A stretch of DNA of 64,000 nt from Gaiellales bacterium (GTDB lineage Bacteria > Actinomycetota > Thermoleophilia > Gaiellales > JAICJC01), in NCBI GenBank assembly GCA_036273515.1, contig DASUHM010000044.1:384-64383 (forward strand). Direction: 5' to 3'. A model generated the notes under the pieces. That model was not told the origin of the DNA. It did not search any database and saw only the letters and a list, made by a program, of their open reading frames with translations. How positions within the stretch are numbered: the stretch's first letter is position 1; each line of letters starts with the position of its first letter. Position numbers and translations under genes: made by a program. Below, piece by piece: positions 53,501-62,791 of the stretch.

Positions 53501-53817
53501 CGAATCCTCCGGGGGAAGGGAGTGCCTTGAACCTGCCGCTTCAAGCGCGCACAGTGTCTCACGCCGCGCGCGCGGTCGTTCTCCTCAGAGACGGTTGCGG
53601 GCCCGGCGATCTTCCCTGCGGCCGCTTCGCGGCGGCCGCCGGGGCGGGCCGGGGCGAGGGCCCCCTCCCGGCCGGTGCGGCCGATGCTGCCACGGGACGC
53701 CGCCGCCCGAGCCGTTGTCGCCGTGGAGCAGGCGCTGGATGAGGCGGAAGGCCTGCGTCCCGACGACGCAGATGAGCCCCGTCACGGCAAGATCGACCAC
53801 GAGTACGGCGGTGACGT

Positions 53818-55401
53818 TCAGGGCCCGACCCTAGCACCCGTCAGCACGCCGCCGCCGTTCAGGCCGATGTAGATGTGGCCGTCGCTCGACACCGACAGAT
53901 CGGTCGGCGTGATGCAGGCCGAGCGGAAGTAGTCGTCTGCCACGTCGGCGCTGTCCACCAGCATCCGGCGGGGGTTCGAGAGCACGACCTGGTAGCGGCG
54001 GCCGCGGTGGTGGCGGACGAGCGCCGGGGCGCCGAGCGGGGGCACCCGCGACCGGTCGGCGACCCGCGTGCACGTCCGCCAATGGTCGGTGGTGTGGATC
54101 GCCGTCCAGTCGGTGTCGGTCGCCCATGCTTCCGCGGGCGCCGGGCCGGCCTGCACCGCCGTCACCAGCGATCCGTCGAGCCCGTTCATCGCCGGCTGCC
54201 AGGTGCGGCCCCCGTTGCGGGTGGCGACGATGCCCGCCCGTCCCGCCGAGTAGCACGCGTTCGCGTCGTCCGGATCGACGGCCAGCTGGCTGACCGAATA
54301 CCCGTCCTTGGCGAGCCCCGGCCACGAAGACGCGAGCCACCATCTGCGGCCGGCGCCCAGCACGTCGTCGCTGACGGCGGCCGGGTGCGTCGTCCAGACG
54401 AAGGTGCGACCGCCGTCGCGCGACCGGGCGATGTAGCGGTGGTCGGTCATGCCGATGCCGTTGCCGACCCAGAGGACGCCGCTGTGGCCGGCGACGGAGG
54501 ACAGGTGGCAGCCCGTGAACGCCCCGGGCGAGACGGCCGTCCAGGCTCGCCCGTCGACCCGGTAGAGCCCGTACGGCCCGCAGGCCGCGTACACGGTTCC
54601 GTCGACGACGGCGATGTCCTCGACCACCGCCGGCGCCGCCCGCTCGAGGCCGATCGCCGGCCGCGCGCGCGGGCTCTCGATCCGCCACACCTGCGATCCC
54701 GACCGGTAGCTCGTCCGGAAGCTCGCCGCCAACAGCGAGCCGTCCGGGCAGACGCACAGCGCCGACCAGGCCGCGTGCGGTAGAGGCGCGGCGAGCCCGA
54801 GCCGGCTGAGCGAGCTGCCACCGTCGGTCGAGCGCACGAGCCCTTGGCGGGAGAGCGCGTACAGGTACTCGATGCCGCGATTGCGGTCGTGGTCGACGGC
54901 GATCAGGTGCCCGACCGCGCGGGGGACGTCGTGGGCGGTGCCGACCGGCAAGTCGCTCGAGAACGTGATCCCCTCGTTCAGGCGCTCGAGCCGGAGCGAT
55001 CCCGGCGCCACCGCGCCCAGGTAGCCGTGGCCGCGGGCGTCCCGGTCTCGGAGCACGCCGATGCCGTAGTAGCGCAGGCCAGGGTGCAGCTGCGAGTAGG
55101 CGACGGCGCGGCCGTAGATCTCGTCGACGGCGGTCGCCCCGATCATGGTCGGATACCAGAGCGCGCCGCCGCTCCCGGTCGCGTACTCGCCCCAGATGTC
55201 GCCGGCCGCCGCGGCGTTGCCGGCGGCCCGCGGATCGACCGCCATGGCGTTGCAGTAGCCGCCGCCGTCCATCGCCCCCTTGCGCCAGCGATAGCGCGGC
55301 GGCGCGGGTGCTCCTCCGCACCCGGAGACGACCGCCGAGCCGAGCACGGCCGCGGCGACCAGGAAGCGCCGGCGACTCGAACGCACGTCACGGAGTGTCA
55401 C
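53818..55401 (-). CDS. exported (Tat-like signal + lipobox) beta-propeller protein, sialidase/BNR-like
   Basis: 'SRRRFLVAAAVLGSAVVSGC', with Asp-box-like 'STDGGSS', 'SRDGGRTF' and 'TRNGGRTW'. Confidence 0.65.
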   Translation of the reverse strand: MTLRDVRSSRRRFLVAAAVLGSAVVSGCGGAPAPPRYRWRKGAMDGGGYCNAMAVDPRAAGNAAAAGDIWGEYATGSGGALWYPTMIGATAVDEIYGRAVAYSQLHPGLRYYGIGVLRDRDARGHGYLGAVAPGSLRLERLNEGITFSSDLPVGTAHDVPRAVGHLIAVDHDRNRGIEYLYALSRQGLVRSTDGGSSLSRLGLAAPLPHAAWSALCVCPDGSLLAASFRTSYRSGSQVWRIESPRARPAIGLERAAPAVVEDIAVVDGTVYAACGPYGLYRVDGRAWTAVSPGAFTGCHLSSVAGHSGVLWVGNGIGMTDHRYIARSRDGGRTFVWTTHPAAVSDDVLGAGRRWWLASSWPGLAKDGYSVSQLAVDPDDANACYSAGRAGIVATRNGGRTWQPAMNGLDGSLVTAVQAGPAPAEAWATDTDWTAIHTTDHWRTCTRVADRSRVPPLGAPALVRHHRGRRYQVVLSNPRRMLVDSADVADDYFRSACITPTDLSVSSDGHIYIGLNGGGVLTGARVGP

Positions 55402-55448
55402 CGATCCGCCTTGGCCGCGTCTTCAAGCGCCGGGCCGCGGGCCGGGGG

Positions 55449-55934
55449 TCAGCCCCGGTGGTGTGCGTGGTGCCGGCGGTGGTGTCCGCGCGCGTGGTGG
55501 CGGTGGGCACCGTGGTGGCGCGCCGGATGGCGGTGGCCGCGGCCGGCGTGGTGGCGATGACCTCGCCGGCGATGCGAGGCCCGTGAGGCCGCCGGGTGCG
55601 TCGGGGGATCGGCCTTGACGTGGCCGAGACGCTTCGGAGCCGTGGCCCATGCCGGTCGAGAGGGCCGGGTCGCGGCCGGACGCGCGATTCGGGCGATTGG
55701 CGCGCCGCGCAGCGCGACCGCCACCCGGCGGCCCACGGAGCCCCGCTGCGCCGCGGGCGGATCGGAGGGATCGGGGATCGAGGCGTGCGCGGCCGGGGGC
55801 ATCACTGCCTGCACGGCCACCGCTTTGACCACGCCAGCGGAGTGACCGGCGAAGCTGCTGCCGACGAGCATCCCCGCCAGCACCGCACCGACCCCCGCGA
55901 GGATGCTTGGAACGACCCGCTCACGCCCGAACAT
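55449..55934 (-). CDS. single-pass membrane protein with an extremely His/Arg-rich C-terminal tail
   Basis: N-terminal TM segment 'VVPSILAGVGAVLAGMLVGSSFAG'. The tail reads 'HRRRGHRHHAGRGHRHPARHHGAHRHHARGHHRRHHAHHRG'. It starts 42 nt downstream of the response-regulator stop. Codon bias is acceptable. Confidence 0.55.
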   Translation of the reverse strand: MFGRERVVPSILAGVGAVLAGMLVGSSFAGHSAGVVKAVAVQAVMPPAAHASIPDPSDPPAAQRGSVGRRVAVALRGAPIARIARPAATRPSRPAWATAPKRLGHVKADPPTHPAASRASHRRRGHRHHAGRGHRHPARHHGAHRHHARGHHRRHHAHHRG

Positions 55935-55976
55935 GCCCGCTGTATACCCGCCGTGCAGTCTCCCAATCGCACGATT

Positions 55977-56582
55977 TCACAGCCAGCCCTTGTCGCGTGC
56001 GATCTCGATCGCCTCACCCCGATTCCGGGCGCCCAGCTTCCGGATCGCGACGCTCAGGTAGTTGCGGACAGTCCCCTCGGCAAGGAACAGGTGGCCCGCG
56101 ATCTGACCGGCAGTGTCGTGCTCGGCCGCGGCGGTGAGCAGGTCTCGCTCCCGCTCGGTGAGCGGGCTGACGCCGTCGGCGATCGCCGCAGCGGCGAGGC
56201 CGGGGTCGATGACGCGCCTCCCCGCATGCAGCTCGCGAATCGCGTCCGCCAGCTGCCCGGCAGGCTCGTCCTTCAGGAGAAACCCGGAGGCGCCGCTCTC
56301 GATGGCACGGCGGAGATAGCCGGGACGGCCGAACGTGGTCAGGATCAGCGTCCGCGTCCGGGCCAGGTTGAGGCGGAGCTCCGCGGCTGCCGAGATGCCG
56401 TCCTGACCAGGCATCTCGATATCGAGGAGCGCGACGTCCGGATCGTGGGCGAGCGCGGCCGCGAGCACCTCGTCGCCGCGCCCCACCTCGGCCACGACCT
56501 CGATGTCCGGCTCGAGCCCGAGCAGGCTCGTGAGCGCGCCGCGCACCATCGCCTGGTCCTCTGCGATCAGCACGCGGATCAC
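55977..56582 (-). CDS. NarL/LuxR-family response regulator (DesR-like)
   Basis: Receiver domain 'VLIAEDQAMVRGAL...DVALLDIEMPGQDG' and a C-terminal LuxR HTH 'TAGQIAGHLFLAEGTVRNYLSVAIRKLGARNRGEA'. GTG start. Confidence 0.9.
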   Translation of the reverse strand: MIRVLIAEDQAMVRGALTSLLGLEPDIEVVAEVGRGDEVLAAALAHDPDVALLDIEMPGQDGISAAAELRLNLARTRTLILTTFGRPGYLRRAIESGASGFLLKDEPAGQLADAIRELHAGRRVIDPGLAAAAIADGVSPLTERERDLLTAAAEHDTAGQIAGHLFLAEGTVRNYLSVAIRKLGARNRGEAIEIARDKGWL

Positions 56583-57122
56583 GTCGCCGCACCGGAACGC
56601 TCAGGCGTCCGCGGAACCCGCCCTCGGGCCGCGCAGCGACGTCGAACGTGCCGTCGAGGTCGCGCGCACGCTCCGCCAGCCCTGCCAGCCCTGCGCCCCC
56701 GCCGCCGGCCGCGACCGCGGTGCCGTCGTCGTCGACCTCGACCGCGACGTCGCCGTCCTGGTCGCGAACGCGGATCGCGCAGCGGCGAGCGCCGCTATGG
56801 CGGACGACGTTCGTCGCCGCCTCGCGGACGACCCAGGCGAGGACGGTCTTGAGTGCGATCAGCGAGAGCGTGTGCCCGAGCAGGTCGTGCAGGTCGCGGG
56901 CGATCCGCATGCGCTCCTCGGCCACGGCGATCCGGGCCCGCTCGTCGCGCAGACGGCGAAGCTCCGCGTTCGCCCGCATCGCCGCACCGAGGGCGGTCGT
57001 CACGAGAGCGTCAGGCTCGGCTCCGGTGCGCACAGTCGCACGCGTTGTACCCCGGGAGCGTCGTCGCAAGGCCCCAGATCAGCACCATCGCCGTGACGCC
57101 GGGTCTTCTCAGTCATCATCAT
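56583..57122 (-). pseudogene. decayed DesK/HisKA_3-type histidine kinase (no TM region, internal deletion, frame errors)
   Basis: GGAGAG plus an ATG triplet at 57116-57122 opens 'MMMTEKTRRHG...', which stops at 57000. Another frame carries the H-box 'RIARDLHDLLGHTLSLIALK' fused directly to the N-box 'VVREAATNVVRHSGA' (about 70 aa missing) and 'DDDGTAV...GLAGLAERA'. That frame runs into the response-regulator gene without a stop. Confidence 0.65.
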
Positions 57123-57278
57123 CTCTCCGCATGTCGAATCGGGATCGTCTCTGCATGGTGGCTGTCCGCCCGTGAGCGCGGTAGACCGATCCGTCACCGA
57201 TTCGATGTGACGGTTGTCATCCGCTATGACGTACGTCCGCGCGAAACGTTCATCGACGACACGAGGAGATCCCGAGCC

Positions 57279-57812
57279 ATGACCGTCGACCGTGCCCGAG
57301 TCCGAGACGCCTCCGCCACGCCGTACCGGGGCGCCCAACCGACAGACATGCGGGACGACCTCGTCCTCGCCGATCTGCTTCCCCGGGACGAACGGCTGTG
57401 GGTGGCCCTGGACGAGGGCGTGTGGTCGCGGCCACTGCTCTTCGACGTGACCCACGGCGCGTACGCGCACGTGATGAAGGTGACGCGGGCCGGCATCGTC
57501 GCCCGCCACCGCCACACCGGGCCGGTGCTCGCCTTCGTGCAGCGTGGCCGCTGGCACTACCTCGAGCACGACTGGGAGGCGGCCGAGGGCGGCTTCGCGT
57601 TCGAGCCGCCGGGCGAGACGCACACGCTCGTCGTCCCCGAGGGCTGCGACGAGATGATCACGACGTTCCACGTGCACGGCGCGTTGATCTACGTCGATCC
57701 CGACGGCACGCCGATCGGCTACGACGACGTCTTCACGCGGCTCGAGAAGACGCGCCGGCACTTCGCCGAGCACGGACTGCCGGCGGAGAGCCTCGACGCG
57801 CTGATCCGCTGA
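57279..57812 (+). CDS. cupin, 2,4'-dihydroxyacetophenone dioxygenase-like family
   Basis: GAGGAG RBS and ATG 57279. The 'HRHTGPVLAFVQRGRWHYLEHDW...GETHTL' cupin metal motifs resemble the DAD/ChrR-cupin family. Confidence 0.7.
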   Translation: MTVDRARVRDASATPYRGAQPTDMRDDLVLADLLPRDERLWVALDEGVWSRPLLFDVTHGAYAHVMKVTRAGIVARHRHTGPVLAFVQRGRWHYLEHDWEAAEGGFAFEPPGETHTLVVPEGCDEMITTFHVHGALIYVDPDGTPIGYDDVFTRLEKTRRHFAEHGLPAESLDALIR

Positions 57813-57871
57813 ACGGCGCAATTGCGCAACTTCGTGCCAGCGCCAACGCCCGGACGCGCCATACTGGAGCC

Positions 57872-58711
57872 ATGGCCGCGCACGCCACCATCCGCACGCT
57901 GCTCGCGACCGACGAGGTCACCGTCGGGGAGTTCGTGTGCCCGCCCGGGGACGGCCGGTGGGCGCGCGAGAACGACATCGGCGAGGGCTTCCACGTCGTG
58001 TTCCCGTGGACGCCGGTGCACATCGCCCGGCGGGCCATGCCGGAGCTCGTCGCGACCCCGAACCACGCCGTGCTCTACCCGCCGCGGCTGCGGTTCCACC
58101 GCCGCCACCTGACCAGCGAGGGCGACCACTGCCTGTTCGTCGTGCTCGGGGCGGCGATGTGCGAGCAGCTGGGCCTGCGACCGGGGCGGTCCGGCGACCC
58201 GGCGCTGCCGCCGACGGTCTGGCTGGCGCAGCGGCTCCTGGCCGCCTATCTGTGCCGGCCGCCCTACGACGCGGCGGTGGGGGAGCGGCTGGCCCGCGAT
58301 CTGGTGGTGACGACGCTTCGGCCCTCGCCGGCTGTGGCCAGCGGCGCCGGTGGGGGTGCAGTCGAGCACACCAAGGAGCTCATGGCCCGCTCGCCCGGAC
58401 GGCTGCTCCCGCTCGAGCGGATCGCCCGCGAGGCGCACTACTCGCGCTTCCACCTCCTCCGCGCGTTCCACGCCCGCACCGGCTACACGATGCACCAGTA
58501 CCACCTGCACCTGCGGCTGCGCCGCTCCCTCGGCCCCCTGCTGGCCGGGGCGCCGGTCGCCGACATCGCGCTCGAGCTCGGGTTCCAGGGCCACAGCCAC
58601 TTCACCGCCCGGTTCCGGCGGGCGTTCGGCGAGACGCCGTCCGCGGTGCGGGCGATCGCCGCCGACCAGGCGGCGCTGCCCGGCCTGGTCGGGCGCCTGC
58701 TGGCCGCCTGA
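57872..58711 (+). CDS. AraC-family transcriptional regulator
   Basis: C-terminal double HTH 'IAREAHYSRFHLLRAFHARTGYTMHQY...IALELGFQGHSHFTARFRRAFGETPS'. Start ATG 57872. Confidence 0.85.
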   Translation: MAAHATIRTLLATDEVTVGEFVCPPGDGRWARENDIGEGFHVVFPWTPVHIARRAMPELVATPNHAVLYPPRLRFHRRHLTSEGDHCLFVVLGAAMCEQLGLRPGRSGDPALPPTVWLAQRLLAAYLCRPPYDAAVGERLARDLVVTTLRPSPAVASGAGGGAVEHTKELMARSPGRLLPLERIAREAHYSRFHLLRAFHARTGYTMHQYHLHLRLRRSLGPLLAGAPVADIALELGFQGHSHFTARFRRAFGETPSAVRAIAADQAALPGLVGRLLAA

Positions 58712-58790
58712 GCGCGGGCCGCAACAACGTCCTATGTCATCGCGGCAACGCGTTCGTAGCATCGATCCCGAGTCCACGGAGGAGGGATCG

Positions 58791-60059
58791 ATGTCTCGAG
58801 TCTTCAGGCGCGCGACGGCCGTCGCGGCGGTCGTCCTGGCAATGTCCACGGCCGCGGCCGGCGCGTCCGGCAGCTTCGTGCAGCCGGTACACGTGCTGCA
58901 CACCTTCCACGGCCCGACCACCGGCAAGGGCGCGTTCTTCGGCTGGGCGGTGAGCGAGCTGCGCGACGTGAACGGCGACGGCGTGACCGACGCCGTCATC
59001 GGCGAGGTCGACGGCGGATCGAACATGCAGGGTCGGGTCTGGGTCTACTCGGGCCGCACCGGCCACCTGCTCTTCCGCCGCAGCGGCCGGCCCGGCGAGC
59101 AGAACGGCTACGCGGTCGCGGACGCCGGCGACGTGAACGGCGACGGCGTTTCCGACGTCATCAGCGGCGCTCTCGGCCAGGCCGACGACATCGGGCATGC
59201 CTACGTCTACTCGGGCGCGAGCGGCAGGACGATCACGCGCCTGCGCGGACACCGCCACGGCGACATGTTCGGCGCGGCCGTGTCGAGCGCCGGCGACGTG
59301 AACGGCGACGCCGTCCCCGACCTGCTCGTGGGCGCGCCCGGCACCGGGGCGGCCGCCGGGCATGCGTACGTGATCTCGGGGCGGACGTTCCGCACCATCC
59401 GGGTGCTCTCGGCGCACCGCCGCGCCGACGAGTTCGGAGACGGCGTCGCCCATACCGCAGACCTGAACGGCGACGGCGTGCCCGACCTGATCGTCGGCGC
59501 GAGCGGGAAGGATCCCGGGCACGGCGCGGTCTACGTCTACTCCGGGCGCACAGGCAAGCTGCTCTTCCGCATCCACGGCGAGCGCGGGAACGCGGCGTTC
59601 GGCCAGTTCTTCGTGGCCGGGGTGGGGGACGTGAACGGCGACGGCGTGCCGGACGTCTACGTCGGCGACTACGCCTCGAACAACGCCGGCGCGGCGGGCG
59701 GCTTTGCCGCCGTGTACTCCGGCGTCGACGGCTCCCGCCTGCATGCGTGGCGCGGGGCCGCCGGTGAGGGCATGGGCCCGGGCCGCTCCGCGGGCGACGT
59801 GAACGGCGACGGCGTGCCCGACATCATCGTCGGCAACTATACGAGCAGCGACGGCGCGAAGGCGGCCGGCAAGGTGCAGATCTTCTCCGGGGTGACCGGG
59901 AAGCGCCTGCGCACGATCACCAGCACCACGCCGAACGAGAACCTCGGCTTCGACGCGGTCGGCATCGGCGACACGAACGGGAACGGCACCCCGGACTTCC
60001 TGATCTCCGCGGCCAACCTCGACACGGTCTACATCGTCGACGGCAACCCCGTCGGCTGA
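58791..60059 (+). CDS. secreted FG-GAP repeat (integrin-alpha-like 7-bladed propeller) protein
   Basis: GGAGGG RBS and signal peptide 'AVAAVVLAMSTAAAGASG'. There are seven 'D(V/L/T)NGDG(V/T)xD' Ca-binding loops, each preceded by an FG/GAP-like strand. Confidence 0.85.
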   Translation: MSRVFRRATAVAAVVLAMSTAAAGASGSFVQPVHVLHTFHGPTTGKGAFFGWAVSELRDVNGDGVTDAVIGEVDGGSNMQGRVWVYSGRTGHLLFRRSGRPGEQNGYAVADAGDVNGDGVSDVISGALGQADDIGHAYVYSGASGRTITRLRGHRHGDMFGAAVSSAGDVNGDAVPDLLVGAPGTGAAAGHAYVISGRTFRTIRVLSAHRRADEFGDGVAHTADLNGDGVPDLIVGASGKDPGHGAVYVYSGRTGKLLFRIHGERGNAAFGQFFVAGVGDVNGDGVPDVYVGDYASNNAGAAGGFAAVYSGVDGSRLHAWRGAAGEGMGPGRSAGDVNGDGVPDIIVGNYTSSDGAKAAGKVQIFSGVTGKRLRTITSTTPNENLGFDAVGIGDTNGNGTPDFLISAANLDTVYIVDGNPVG

Positions 60060-60564
60060 GCGGCGGACGCGGCCGGGCCCGTGCGAGGTGCGGGCCCGGC
60101 CGCAAGGACAAGGGTCACGCGCGCTCCGCCGAACGCGCGGTTCTCCGCGTCCATCGTCCGTGATGGGCGTCCGCGACAGCCGCGACGATGCTGAGGCCAA
60201 GGCCACTGCCCGGATAGGCGGCGCGTGCCCGCGATGGAACGCGACGAAGGGGGCGTCGAGCAGCCCGGCCTCGAACCCGGGGCCGTCGTCCTCGACGGCG
60301 AACGTGGTCCGCCCGTCCTCCGCGTCCGCATAGACACGGACGGTGTCGCCGTGGGGCGAGTGCCGGATGGCGTTGTCGATCAGATTGCGAGCGCCTGCCG
60401 AGCCCGCGTCGGATCGAGGCGCACGCCGGCGTCGGCGTCACATCGAGTGGTCGCGGCTCGAACCGGGGGTGATCGACGAGAAGGCGTACATCCCGGGCAT
60501 CGGCCCGGTCCGCGAGATCGCCGTCCAGGGCCCGCCCGAGTCCGCGAGGCTCGTCAGGTACCAC
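60029..60564 (-). pseudogene. histidine-kinase catalytic (HATPase_c) domain remnant with multiple frameshifts
   Basis: The pieces lie in different frames: 'VRLDPTRARQALA', 'NLIDNAIRHSPHGDTVRVYADAEDGRTTFAVEDDGPGF' (N and G1 boxes), 'GSGLGLSIVAAVADAHHG' (G2 box) and 'MDAENRAFGGARVTLVL'. No H-box or sensor part lies upstream. Confidence 0.7.
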
Positions 60565-60852
60565 CGCGGTTCGTGAGCAAACGGGCCGCCGGAGGTTGCC
60601 TCTCCGGCGGCCCGTCGCCCATCAGTCCCACGTCCGCGACGTGTCGCGCGTGGCGCGGCGACGGACCGCGATGATCACGTCGCGGGCGGGGCGGGTCGGC
60701 TCGGGCTGGGCTCGCAGGTTGAAGATATGGCGCGGCATCTCGGCGCTCCTTCCAGGTTTCGGTTCGGTCGAGGAGTTGGATCGCGCCCCGGCCGCAAACT
60801 CATCGCCCGTCGACCGATGAGTTCGCGGGCGCGCCGTAATCTCACATTGCAG

Positions 60853-61884
60853 ATGAACACCGCAACCACATTCCTCACGCCCGCCGAGGCCGAGCTGCTC
60901 GGCCGGGCGCGCACCGGGGACGACCGCGCCTACGGCGAGCTGGTCGACCCGCACCGCCGCAGCCTCCATGCCCACTGCTACCGCATGCTCGGGTCGCTGG
61001 AGGACGCCGACGACGCGATGCAGGACGCCCTCCTGCGCGCGTGGCGCGGGATCGGCCGCTTCCAGGGCCGAAGCTCGCTGCGCACCTGGCTCTACACGAT
61101 CGCGACCAACGCCTGCCTCCAGCTCGTGCGGCGCAGGCCCGGCCGCGTCCTGCCGCGCGACTACGGGCCGTCGGGGGGGACGAGCGCACAGGGCGGAGTC
61201 CCGCTGGCCGAGACCGTCTGGATCGAGGCCTATCCCGAGGACGCGGTGCCGACCGCGCCGTCGCCGGGGGCGCGCTACGAGGAGCGGGAGACGCTCGAGC
61301 TCGCCTTCGTCGCCGTCCTCCAGCACCTGCCGCCGCGCCAGCGCGCCGTGCTGCTCCTGCGCGACGTGCTCGACTTCTCGGCGCGCGAGGCCGCCACGCT
61401 GCTCGAGACCAGCGTCCCGTCCGTGAACAGCGCCCTCCAGCGGGCGCGGGCGACGATCCGCGAGCGCGCCCCCGAGCGCAGCCAGCAGGCGACGCTGCGC
61501 GAACTCGGCGACGAGCGCAGCCGCGCCCTCGTGGGCGCCTACATCGAGGCGATCGAGCACGCCGACGTCGACGGGGTGGTCGCCCTCCTGACCGAGGACG
61601 CCGCCTGGTCGATGCCGCCGGCGAGCGCGTGGTACCAGGGCCTCGACGAGATCGTCGCCTTCCTCACCCGCTCGCCGTTCCAGGTGCGCTGGCGCCACCT
61701 GCCGGCATGGGCGAACGGGCAGCTGGCCGTCGGCTGCTACACCTGGGACGAGCAGCGGGGCGACTTCGAGGCGGACGTGATCGACGTGCTGACCCTGCGC
61801 GGCGACCGCGTCGCCGAGGTGACCGCCTTCATCGGCGGCGAGCGCTTCCCCCGGTTCGGCCTGCCCGCGCGGCTGCCCGCCTGA
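60853..61884 (+). CDS. ECF-like sigma-70 factor with a C-terminal SnoaL/NTF2-like domain (SigG / TIGR02960-like type)
   Basis: Region 2 'DDAMQDALLRAWRGIGRF...SLRTWLYTIATNACL', region 4 'LPPRQRAVLLLRDVLDFSAREAATLLETSVPSVNSALQRAR', then an NTF2-like tail of about 130 aa. Start ATG 60853. Confidence 0.85.
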   Translation: MNTATTFLTPAEAELLGRARTGDDRAYGELVDPHRRSLHAHCYRMLGSLEDADDAMQDALLRAWRGIGRFQGRSSLRTWLYTIATNACLQLVRRRPGRVLPRDYGPSGGTSAQGGVPLAETVWIEAYPEDAVPTAPSPGARYEERETLELAFVAVLQHLPPRQRAVLLLRDVLDFSAREAATLLETSVPSVNSALQRARATIRERAPERSQQATLRELGDERSRALVGAYIEAIEHADVDGVVALLTEDAAWSMPPASAWYQGLDEIVAFLTRSPFQVRWRHLPAWANGQLAVGCYTWDEQRGDFEADVIDVLTLRGDRVAEVTAFIGGERFPRFGLPARLPA

Positions 61885-61924
61885 TCCGCGGGCCGCGCGC
61901 CCGGGCTCCGGTACGGTGTAGCCC

Positions 61925-62785
61925 GTGCGCATCGCGACCTGGAACGTCAACTCCATCAAGCAGCGCATGCCCCGGCTGGTGCCGTGGCTGGACGAGCGCA
62001 AGCCGGACGTCGTCTGCCTCCAGGAGACCAAGCTCGCCGACGAGGCGCTGGCCGAGCTGCTGGGCGATGAGCTCGCCAACCGCGGGTACGAGTTCGCCGC
62101 CCATGGCGAGACGGCATGGAACGGGGTGGCGATCCTCTCCCGGGTGGGCCTGGCCGACGTGACGACCGGCCTGGCAGACGCCCCCGGATTCCCGCACCCC
62201 GAGGCCCGGGCGGTCGCCGCCACCTGCGACGGCGTCCGCATCCACTCGGTCTACGTGCCGAACGGCCGCGTGCCGGAGTCCGACCACTACGAGTACAAAC
62301 TCGAGTGGCTGACGGCGCTCCGCGCCGTCGTCGCAGCCGCGGGGCCGGCGACCGTCGTGTGCGGCGACATGAACATCGCGCCGACCGACGCCGACGTGTT
62401 CGACCCGGACGCCTACATCGGCCAGACCCACGTGACGCCGCGGGAGCGCGAGGCGCTGGCGGAGCTGATGGCCGTCGGGCTGCACGACGTCGTCCGCGAC
62501 CGCTGGCCGGGCGAGCGCGTCTTCAGCTACTGGGACTACCGGGCTGGGATGTTCCACCAGGACCTCGGCATGCGCATCGACCTCATCCTGGCCGGCGACC
62601 CGGTCGCCGCGCGCGTCAAGGCCGCGTGGATCGACCGTCAGGCCCGCAAGGGCAAGGGGCCGAGCGACCACGCACCCGTGATCGTCGACCTCGACGAGGC
62701 GCCCGACGGCGACATCGGGCCGGTGGTGCCGCCGCCGTCCAACCCGGTCACGAGGCGCGGCGCCAAGAAGCTGCCGCAGGCGTAG
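61925..62785 (+). CDS. xthA: exodeoxyribonuclease III
   Basis: 'RIATWNVNS', 'DVVCLQETK' and 'PSDHAPV' are EEP nuclease motifs. GTG start. A short basic C-terminal extension is present. Confidence 0.9.
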   Translation: MRIATWNVNSIKQRMPRLVPWLDERKPDVVCLQETKLADEALAELLGDELANRGYEFAAHGETAWNGVAILSRVGLADVTTGLADAPGFPHPEARAVAATCDGVRIHSVYVPNGRVPESDHYEYKLEWLTALRAVVAAAGPATVVCGDMNIAPTDADVFDPDAYIGQTHVTPREREALAELMAVGLHDVVRDRWPGERVFSYWDYRAGMFHQDLGMRIDLILAGDPVAARVKAAWIDRQARKGKGPSDHAPVIVDLDEAPDGDIGPVVPPPSNPVTRRGAKKLPQA

Positions 62786-62791
62786 CCGGCC

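Noticed and set aside
53585-53800. 71-aa ORF (GTG start) 18 nt after the propeller-lipoprotein gene, with a hydrophobic N-terminus and a Pro/Arg/Gly tail
   Set aside because: The TM-like segment is truncated by the only available start codon, there is no RBS, and the tail is low-complexity. This is not enough to call a gene, though Ribo-seq might rescue it.
55449-55575. GTGGTG/GCGGTG-rich low-complexity DNA as a microsatellite or non-coding repeat
   Set aside because: It is the antisense image of CAC/CGC codons encoding the His/Arg tail of an ORF with an N-terminal TM segment. It has no strict unit periodicity.
58965-59995. CRISPR-like or tandem array signal from regularly spaced 20-nt repeats
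   Set aside because: The repeats lie inside a well-supported FG-GAP coding sequence. The intervening 'spacers' are homologous blades, and no cas genes or leader are present.
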